27,397 bases of DNA from the IMG/VR virus record IMGVR_UViG_3300025082_000053; one strand, 5' to 3'. The notes beneath the pieces are model-generated. The model did not search any database, had not been told where the DNA came from, and saw only the letters and a list, made by a program, of their open reading frames with translations. The translations under genes and the position numbers were made by a program. Positions within the stretch are counted from its first letter, which is position 1; each line of letters opens with the position of its first letter. This stretch comes from a virus. Shown one piece after another: positions 8,594 to 15,004 of this stretch.

Positions 8594-9256
8594 TTATCCC
8601 TTTATTAGATGAGTTTTCTTTATTGAAAGTGGTATTAATCCAACCCAAATATACGCATAGTATGGTAGTTTTACAAGGGAATTAAACAACTGACTGATCC
8701 CTAAACCAGATACAATACTTGTTGTAAATATTGTATGTTTCATAGTACAGGGGGCATCCTCTATTTCTGCACTTGGTACCCAACTTTCATTAAAGAAATC
8801 ATTATCTTTTGTTGTTGTAATAATCTCCATTGCAAGTGCATCCATACGTAAATCAATCAAAAGCTGACGATTAGGTAATTTTACCCATTCATCATAAGCA
8901 TCTCTTCTAACTTCCATATTATCGGTGGCTAAGATTACTTTGGGAAGCATAACATCTAAATCATATGTCCAATTTATTTCGGACATATCAGCATCTTTCG
9001 CACCAAATGCTAATGCCAAATCTCTAGCTGCCTTTGCCTTGGGAACATCTAACATATTTATAGGATATAAACAACCAGATAAGTTATGTTCTTCAAGCTT
9101 ATCTTCATCATATCCTATTATAGTATCCCATCCCATAATGGACAAGAGGGCAATGACATTACTGCCAATGCCCCCTAAACCAATTACCATTATTTCATCA
9201 AGTTTGTTTTGTGGAATTAAATCCTTATTTCGTAAGAATCTATTTTCTAGCACCAT
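8594..9256 (-). CDS. ThiF/MoeB/E1-family adenylyltransferase, 220 aa
   Basis: Start set at 9256 (AAGGAGG RBS). N-terminal RFLR, VIGLGGIGS nucleotide-binding loop, YDEDKLEEHNL, PKAKAA, ATDN..R, candidate catalytic Cys170 in DAPCT; no CxxC Zn sites. Confidence 0.93.
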   Translation of the reverse strand: MVLENRFLRNKDLIPQNKLDEIMVIGLGGIGSNVIALLSIMGWDTIIGYDEDKLEEHNLSGCLYPINMLDVPKAKAARDLALAFGAKDADMSEINWTYDLDVMLPKVILATDNMEVRRDAYDEWVKLPNRQLLIDLRMDALAMEIITTTKDNDFFNESWVPSAEIEDAPCTMKHTIFTTSIVSGLGISQLFNSLVKLPYYAYIWVGLIPLSIKKTHLIKG

Positions 9257-9266
9257 ATTAACCTCC

Positions 9267-10124
9267 TTATTTACTGTACGATTGATATTCCTTTGTATCA
9301 TAAGTCATTCCAAAGAATTCAAGAGGGTCTCTTATACCAACCTTTTCTAGTTTAAGCGTGACTTGATCCCAAGACATTAATCTATTTTCCCATGCATCAA
9401 AGCATTTATATACCATTTCTTCTTCTTCGTTGCTTAGTACAGGATAATAGCTTTCCTCACTAGACTTAATATCATTAACTGACACTTTGGCAGACTTTTT
9501 TTCAATAGGAAAATGTTTATATCCATAGCTTTGACCATAGTCGCCATGTCCATAATTGATTATACCCTGTCCATTTCCTCTTGTCCAATGATTTGTTGCT
9601 TTTGCAGTCTTTTTGAGTGTCTTAGCGATATCCGCCCAGTCTTTCTTGGGTTTTATTAATGGTAATATCTCACAATCATCATCAGATTCTACCAAATGAG
9701 GAATTTGATACTGATCTTTATATGACACTGCAAATGCATACTTTTCCTTAGCAGTTGCGACCACAAGACTTGGATAAAATCCAATATCTGGTGCCATTTC
9801 TTCTAAAGTATCATCATCAGTATCACTAAAGAATGCACCCATAGTATGATGACTGTGAACTAACCCTAAATAACATTTCTTTAACTTAGGATTAATTTTT
9901 ATCTTCTCCTTAAGTACTGAGAGCATAGCTTTAGAATCCCATTCTGTCGAACTATGAGTACCTAAGTCAAGAGGATGAAAATCCAATAAAACAAATTCCT
10001 CTGGAAATTCATCCTTTTCTTGCTTACAAGCAAACCAGCCTGGACCACTCCATTCTTTCTTAGGAAATGTCTCTAAGAAATAATTAAGTTTGGTCAAAAC
10101 TGGCTTTAAAATCGTTAACTTCAT
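9267..10124 (-). CDS. JAB/JAMM (MPN+) metallo-isopeptidase with C-terminal extension
   Basis: E24 (EWSG) and H90-S-H92-x7-S100-x2-D103 (HSHHTMGAFFSDTD), a complete JAMM motif; AAGGAGG RBS. Confidence 0.93.
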   Translation of the reverse strand: MKLTILKPVLTKLNYFLETFPKKEWSGPGWFACKQEKDEFPEEFVLLDFHPLDLGTHSSTEWDSKAMLSVLKEKIKINPKLKKCYLGLVHSHHTMGAFFSDTDDDTLEEMAPDIGFYPSLVVATAKEKYAFAVSYKDQYQIPHLVESDDDCEILPLIKPKKDWADIAKTLKKTAKATNHWTRGNGQGIINYGHGDYGQSYGYKHFPIEKKSAKVSVNDIKSSEESYYPVLSNEEEEMVYKCFDAWENRLMSWDQVTLKLEKVGIRDPLEFFGMTYDTKEYQSYSK

Positions 10125-11412
10125 TTTTGAGCCTCCTTATTGATTCTTTACTGTTCTTTATCGCCATTCTATATGCTATAATCCCAGAATCGTATAATAA
10201 TTTATCAACGTTATCCAAATTAGTTCCTTCTTGAAATAACGCTTCAATTCCACGATTTCTAAGCAATCTTCTTTTTCTTGCTGCTGTCATAGATGACCCA
10301 GTTAATGCTACCTCATTTATTGTCTGATTAAGAATCTGTTCCATTCTTTTCTTCATGATTATATCCCAGTGACTACGTCTCCATTGATTCCCAAGTGGAT
10401 GATTATAATAATAAAATATTATATCAAATTTTGAGAAAGTATGTGAAGCTTTAGTTCTAAATGAATTAATTACAGTTCTAAAATCACTATAAACAAGGTC
10501 TAATTTCTCACAATTAGCTATAGATGTTTGAGCATTACTACCCCAAGTCCAGTCAGTTCCTTTTAATTTAACTATTCTATGCCACATTTCAAGGAATGGA
10601 TGTTTATCTATTACCACATCAGATACAAGACCAGAAGGAGGTACAAGAGCAAGAAATCTATCTAATCTATCCTGTTGACAAACTTGAAATCTATTTACTT
10701 TATCAATCCAAGATTCATCAAATTTGCCAGTTTTTCTTTTGACAGATTCACATATATCTGCCACGATATTTGCATTTCTTCCCCATTCACTAATATATAT
10801 ATATACTAGTTCAGCATATGTTAGATATTTATATCCTCGTTCTGCCCTAAAAAAGTAATTATAACAATCATTTACATTCCAATATGGACTATTTACATTC
10901 CAAGATAATAGGAATTGTTTTATTGTTAATAATGCAGCAGCATAATTATAAATACCTAAACAATTATATATTGGTTTTTCAAAATCACCAAGACACGCAT
11001 CACCAGTACCAGTTGAAATATGTGGATGTCTTGCGGGAATAAGCAATTCATAATTTACCATATCAGCTATAGAATCGTATTCCATTCCATAGCATAATAA
11101 TTCCTCTTCATTGGAATGAGGGGCTATATTATAGTACGTTATTTTTGGATAGGTTTGACTTCCCTTAGAGAAACAAACATATATGTCCCATAAATGATAT
11201 ACTCTACTACCACGTAGTTTAATATTATCAAATTTGACATAGAAACTTTTATAGTCTCTTCCTACTTCTACCCAATCAAACTTGTTTATTAATAGGGTAG
11301 CTTGTTTCTTTACTATAGTTGTTGATACATTTAATACTGGGACTATATTCTTAATAACCTTAATTAATGCATTTCTTTTTAGTACTTTTTGTTTTAACTC
11401 TGAGTATTTCAT
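10084..11412 (-). CDS. Prokaryotic E2 (UBC-fold) conjugating enzyme with long C-terminal extension
   Basis: RHPHISTGTGDAC140LG matches the E2 HPN/HPH..G..C active-site loop; followed by LLTIKQFLLSWNVNSPY; AGGAGG RBS; 41-nt overlap with the JAB gene. Confidence 0.85.
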   Translation of the reverse strand: MKYSELKQKVLKRNALIKVIKNIVPVLNVSTTIVKKQATLLINKFDWVEVGRDYKSFYVKFDNIKLRGSRVYHLWDIYVCFSKGSQTYPKITYYNIAPHSNEEELLCYGMEYDSIADMVNYELLIPARHPHISTGTGDACLGDFEKPIYNCLGIYNYAAALLTIKQFLLSWNVNSPYWNVNDCYNYFFRAERGYKYLTYAELVYIYISEWGRNANIVADICESVKRKTGKFDESWIDKVNRFQVCQQDRLDRFLALVPPSGLVSDVVIDKHPFLEMWHRIVKLKGTDWTWGSNAQTSIANCEKLDLVYSDFRTVINSFRTKASHTFSKFDIIFYYYNHPLGNQWRRSHWDIIMKKRMEQILNQTINEVALTGSSMTAARKRRLLRNRGIEALFQEGTNLDNVDKLLYDSGIIAYRMAIKNSKESIRRLKNEVNDFKASFDQT

Positions 11413-11430
11413 TTTGTCCTCCTAGGTATA

Positions 11431-11522
11431 AGATAAGTGACCCTCAGGCAAGAGCGCCGTTCGCTTTTCCACATCGTCTCATCAGGTACCAATAGATGAT
11501 ACTCCCCAAAGATCACTTATCC
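11431..11522 (-). promoter_or_regulatory. Three-way-junction RNA element between the Ubl and E2 genes
   Basis: 13-bp closing stem GGAUAAGUGAUCU/GGGUCACUUAUCU (with G.U pairs) enclosing UCAUC/GAUGA and AGCG-AACGG-CGCU hairpins; ends about 7 nt before the E2 RBS. Confidence 0.6.
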
Positions 11523-11542
11523 AAGACATCGAATAAATCAGA

Positions 11543-11752
11543 TTACTTACCTGATTTAACCTTTGCTTTCTGCATTCCAACCAGGTCATCATCTCTAAGT
11601 TTATGATTAGCCGGGACAGACTTCCCATCTACCGATATCTCAACTTCATTAATAGAGATATTTAAACTCTCTGCGATTCCTGCTGGTGTATCTCCGGTCA
11701 TTTCCAGAGGTACGCTACCATTATGGTAGGAAACTAACGTTATGTTAGGCAT
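11543..11752 (-). CDS. Ubiquitin-like beta-grasp protein (ThiS/MoaD/Ubl type), 69 aa
   Basis: EISVDGKSV..NHKLRDDDLVGM..KVKSG pattern; AAGGAG RBS; C-terminus is KSG-K-stop. Confidence 0.88.
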   Translation of the reverse strand: MPNITLVSYHNGSVPLEMTGDTPAGIAESLNISINEVEISVDGKSVPANHKLRDDDLVGMQKAKVKSGK

Positions 11753-11776
11753 TTTTATTCTCCTTTGCTATAGCAT

Positions 11777-12046
11777 TTAATCAGAGTATTTGATTCGGGT
11801 ACTCTGTTTTTCCCGTAAACGTTTCAAATGAGAAGCTATTTTCGTGTCTTCTGCATTTGCTGATGTTGATTCTATCACTATTTTAAGCTGACAGTTTTTT
11901 TGTGTTATGTCTTTTATGAACTTTGCCTCTTCCATAGTATTATAAACACCAAATGCAATTTGAAAATCTATCCTTTTTTTGGCATTCATACCTATAACTG
12001 CAAAATTAGACTTCGGTTCTTTTTTCTTGTCTTTTGGTGAATTCAT
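11777..12046 (-). CDS. Basic hypothetical protein, 89 aa
   Basis: Start moved to 12046 (AAGGAGG RBS); FGVYNTMEEA segment reminiscent of small SPOR-like folds (weak). Confidence 0.65.
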   Translation of the reverse strand: MNSPKDKKKEPKSNFAVIGMNAKKRIDFQIAFGVYNTMEEAKFIKDITQKNCQLKIVIESTSANAEDTKIASHLKRLREKQSTRIKYSD

Positions 12047-12152
12047 TTTTAGCCTCCTTCTTACCTTGCTTATAATCACACCAAACACAACCAGCTAAAA
12101 ACCCCATTAAATATCCAAGACATACTGATAATCCTATGGTTATAGTATCCAT
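12006..12152 (-). CDS. Small single-pass membrane protein, 48 aa (MDTITIGLSVCLGYLMGFLAGCVWCDYK...)
   Basis: Not in the track; starts 4 nt after the upstream stop; about 22-aa hydrophobic N-terminus plus a basic tail. Confidence 0.6.
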   Translation of the reverse strand: MDTITIGLSVCLGYLMGFLAGCVWCDYKQGKKEAKNEFTKRQEKRTEV

Positions 12153-12156
12153 ATAC

Positions 12157-12588
12157 TTATCTCTTTACCTTGGTGCGGAAATTACTCCATAGAAAATAAT
12201 CTCCCAATGCATTTATTAAGGGTTTAGCGTATTCAGGACATATTAATTCCTTTGGTTTTTCTTTAGTTATCTCTTTTACTTCTGCTACTTCCCAATAACT
12301 ATTTTCTGCTTTTACAATAGATCTAACTTCTTCCCTTGTCATATACTGATTAGGAGTATTTCCTGTCTTTTTTACCTTTCTCTTAAATAAAAGCCATCCT
12401 CCTACTGCTCCGCCGAGTATTAATGCAAAGTGTTCCAGCCATAATAAAATGACTTTAGTTAATATATATGATTTATCCATCACGTACCTCCTTGTTTGTT
12501 TAATAGAAACATCACCATACTTACCGAGGATTTTATCCAATGTGATAAGTCCTATTATTGTCGTGATAACGATTGTGAACTTTGTCAT
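12157..12588 (-). CDS. Membrane protein, 143 aa (or 107 aa from the internal start at 12480)
   Basis: Two hydrophobic segments; ATGA-coupled start at 12588 and a second AAGGAGG-preceded ATG at 12480. Confidence 0.7.
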   Translation of the reverse strand: MTKFTIVITTIIGLITLDKILGKYGDVSIKQTRRYVMDKSYILTKVILLWLEHFALILGGAVGGWLLFKRKVKKTGNTPNQYMTREEVRSIVKAENSYWEVAEVKEITKEKPKELICPEYAKPLINALGDYFLWSNFRTKVKR

Positions 12589-12809
12589 TGTATATCCCTT
12601 CTTAGCTCTATTTCAAGCTCTTTAATCTCTGAATTAATCATTTTATTGAACCTTGCAACAGTTTCGACCTTTTTTCTTTGTCTTTTAACAACCCATAAAG
12701 CATATTTCATATTAAAATTACTGCTCGCTGTTACTATCATTAGACCAATCCATAAAATTAAAAATGCCAAGGTAGACCACATTATCGCTATCCATATTGG
12801 TGTAGTCAT
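12585..12809 (-). CDS. Membrane-anchored coiled-coil protein, 74 aa
   Basis: Start moved to 12809 (AAGGAG RBS); TM segment IWIAIMWSTLAFLILWIGLMIV. Confidence 0.7.
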   Translation of the reverse strand: MTTPIWIAIMWSTLAFLILWIGLMIVTASSNFNMKYALWVVKRQRKKVETVARFNKMINSEIKELEIELRRDIQ

Positions 12810-12964
12810 AACTATCTCCTTTTTTTTAATCTTCCATTCAAATATCAAAGGACACAATCCCAAAGACAAAGGCTTTACAACCAATCTCACTTAGTTTTAT
12901 GTCTCTTACAAGGTATTGTGTCCTCTAATATTATCGGTCTTCAACCCTTTATTCACTCGCCATT

Positions 12965-13180
12965 TTATTTTACATCATGCGTCCATTTACACTCCTTTTT
13001 ATTGAACTTCTGGTATTTACAGTGTTTAGTACATTTATGTAACTTAGCTGTTGCTATATGTAACACTGTTGGTTCTTCCTCGTTATTGAGAAGATAAGAA
13101 AGGTCTTTCATTTTCTTAGCAAACTCTTCTCCTTCTATGTAGTCTAATACACTTATCATAGCCATAGTATCATTCTCCAT
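12965..13180 (-). CDS. Hypothetical protein with Cys/His-rich C-terminus, 71 aa
   Basis: HKCTKHC...C..H; AU-rich leader without a clear SD. Confidence 0.6.
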   Translation of the reverse strand: MENDTMAMISVLDYIEGEEFAKKMKDLSYLLNNEEEPTVLHIATAKLHKCTKHCKYQKFNKKECKWTHDVK

Positions 13181-13201
13181 CTTGGTTATTGATTATAATT
13201 A

Positions 13202-13742
13202 AAAATGGCTGTTGCTGTCGCAACATTTAAGCAACTGCCAAAATTTGCCACCATTTTATTAATACTTTAAACCGAACTGTGGTTGCTATCCACGTACCTT
13301 TAATGAGCTTTACTCAACCATCTGAGGTCTTTGCTCGGTTTAATTTTAGGTGACAGATTGGAGGCAATTGAGGATTTGAATATGAGAGATGAGCTAACGG
13401 CTTTCAATCCATCACCTGTAGAATTACATATGTTTAATATACCCTATCAGAGTATACCCTATCTACCCTCCGTGAGCTAATAACATTCGTCAAGAGCTCT
13501 AACCCTGATAGAGTAAATATATGACATCTCAGTAGGTGTAAACGGTTAGTACCGCTAACCATTCCTTGTTTGCCTTATTGGGCAACAACCTGAGGTTATG
13601 TCAAAATATGTAGGCAATGGAGTTTTATCCTTAGTGGCCAACCGTGGAATCGTCACTCTGAGACTAATCTGCCCGTTTTCACGGTTATAGAGAGTCCTTA
13701 GCATCGATCGATCTTCGGATATCTATTAGATTCATTGCCTAC
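13202..13742 (-). ncRNA. Tandem array of six stem-closed structured units
   Basis: Closing stems: 13202-08/13251-57; 13267-75/13335-43; 13348-53/13412-17; 13440-53/13502-15 (14 bp, 2 G.U on minus strand); 13522-32/13590-603; 13610-19/13733-42. No ORF of 60 aa or more in the region. Confidence 0.6.
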
Positions 13743-13769
13743 TTCTTTAAGAAAAATTGAGACCTTGAG

Positions 13770-13895
13770 TTACCTTACTATACCAGCCTCTTCATCCTCT
13801 TTTCTTCTCGCCTCAAACTTCCCGGCTTGTACCTTCTTATATATTCTCCAGATAATAGAAGAAATAGAATACAGTACACTTTTCCTTCTCTTCAT
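13770..13895 (-). CDS. Small basic protein, 41 aa (MKRRKSVLYSISSIIWRIYKK...)
   Basis: Not in the track; strong AAAAGGAGGACGAAATG RBS. Confidence 0.7.
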   Translation of the reverse strand: MKRRKSVLYSISSIIWRIYKKVQAGKFEARRKEDEEAGIVR

Positions 13896-14131
13896 TTCGT
13901 CCTCCTTTTATTAAAAACAAGTACAATCTCCTACAGGATATTTACAAGCAAAACAATCCTTAAGCCCGTAATTTGTCCTTTTCATCTCACGTACTAACCA
14001 AGAATCATAGGATAATACTGTACAGTCATCATTTTCAATGGCTTTTAATTCATTGTCACTTAAATACATAACTTCTCCTACGTTACTAAAGACTCTATAC
14101 ACTATGTATTTTGCCATTTCGTCCTCCTTTT
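13893..14131. repeat. Identical 17-nt RBS/start segment in front of two adjacent early genes
   Basis: catttcgtcctcctttt at 13893-13909 and 14115-14131. Confidence 0.85.
13911..14117 (-). CDS. Hypothetical protein with C-terminal CxxC...CxC, 68 aa
   Basis: Strong RBS; DCFAC..GDCTC. Confidence 0.8.
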   Translation of the reverse strand: MAKYIVYRVFSNVGEVMYLSDNELKAIENDDCTVLSYDSWLVREMKRTNYGLKDCFACKYPVGDCTCF

Positions 14132-14147
14132 GTTAATTAAAAGGTTA

Positions 14148-14256
14148 TTGACACATACTCCATCTACGTACATAAAACCGTTCCGGTTAAATACGCTTTG
14201 GCAATAGTTCTAGAGCACGACTCTTGTGAACATTGGGAGTGACCAGTATGTGTCAA
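14148..14256 (-). ncRNA. Structured element closed by a 12-bp perfect inverted repeat
   Basis: ttgacacatact (14148-14159) / agtatgtgtcaa (14245-14256); inner AGAG/CUCU and AACCG-GAA-CGGUU hairpins; just upstream of the 14117 RBS. Confidence 0.55.
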
Positions 14257-14324
14257 ATATAATTATAGTGGGAGATACTAGACAATCGCATCTCCCATAT
14301 TTATAGCTTCTTACAGCACATTCT

Positions 14325-14481
14325 CAGGGGAGGCCCTATACAGCCAACATCAAGTGTGTCATCTTAAACTCAGGTTACCACTATCACCTGAGCCGTCACG
14401 ATAAATACCGCTACTAGGACGGGCTTTAGGCACTTAGCACTTTATCGCTATGCTAAGCAAAAGGGTCTATCGGTCCCCCTG
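14325..14481 (-). ncRNA. Multi-branch RNA with a predicted loop-loop pseudoknot
   Basis: P1 CAGGGGG/UCCCCUG; hairpins 14432-40/14450-58, 14393-97/14418-22 and 14369-75/14386-92; loops GCGAUAAA and UUUAUCGU are complementary. Confidence 0.55.
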
Positions 14482-14532
14482 CCGTTCTCAAGTCTGTCTA
14501 ATATAAGACTAACTATTATACCTATGGTCTAT

Positions 14533-14574
14533 AAAAAAACAAAGGGCGTTCGAGTTTCAACTCACCTTTGTTTT
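14533..14574 (-). terminator. Intrinsic terminator after the first early gene
   Basis: ACAAAGG...CCUUUGU stem with inner GAG/CUC and a U-run, about 20 nt after the stop at 14595. Confidence 0.65.
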
Positions 14575-14594
14575 GTAGGATGTCCGCAGTATGC

Positions 14595-14978
14595 CTAGAC
14601 CGTGACCGTTGGTCTTGGTGCTCTGTAAAAGGCACGGGCGATAGCTGGCATTGTTCTGCCAGTGTCCTTATCGACCGATGCCTCGAACTCCAAGACTCGG
14701 TTCAGGACGTAGTTAACACCTTCTACGAACTTTAGTGCGGGAAGGTTTAACTTGGCGTACTGCTTGTTGACATCCTTAATACGAGTGGAGGAGAGGTCAG
14801 CTGGGAACTCGGTTCCTAGTTCGCAGTCCACACGGATACCTAACGCGGATGGAATGGGTTGTTCATTCTCGTCCAACGTAGGTACGAACTCCTCTACTCC
14901 ACGTCTGTTGCGTCTGTAAGACCCAACAGTCGTATTGGAAAATGTACCTGTTAACGCTTGTTTCTTCGCTACTGCCAT
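14595..14978 (-). CDS. First early-arm gene, 127-aa beta-rich hypothetical protein
   Basis: GGAGG RBS supports the MAVAKK start at 14978; GC clearly above flanking genes (one 60-nt line counted at 53%). Confidence 0.8.
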   Translation of the reverse strand: MAVAKKQALTGTFSNTTVGSYRRNRRGVEEFVPTLDENEQPIPSALGIRVDCELGTEFPADLSSTRIKDVNKQYAKLNLPALKFVEGVNYVLNRVLEFEASVDKDTGRTMPAIARAFYRAPRPTVTV

Positions 14979-15004
14979 TATAATGTCCTCCATTAATGGT
15001 AGTG

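Noticed and set aside
11455-11490. Hammerhead ribozyme (minus-strand CUGAUGAG ... CGAAC)
   Set aside because: The second core motif is CGAAC rather than CGAAA, stem II does not pair, and CUGAUGA is better explained as part of the UCAUC/GAUGA hairpin.
8594-11752. Thiamine/MoCo/tRNA-thiolation (ThiF-ThiS) auxiliary metabolic genes, or a canonical PRTRC/BilABCD locus
   Set aside because: An E2 with a catalytic Cys is present; no ThiG, MoaE, rhodanese or desulfurase partner and no ParB gene were found; the Ubl is a single short domain in a phage replication operon rather than a defence island.
13350-13742. Intact group I intron on the plus strand
   Set aside because: Only P7/S-like and P4-like pieces fit. 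The conserved J4/5 adenosines, the J6/7 A and a compatible P3+P8 are missing, there is no interrupted host gene, and it would be antisense to transcription.
13202-14530. CRISPR or mini-CRISPR array
   Set aside because: No periodic identical repeats with unique spacers; the units differ in sequence and share only architecture.
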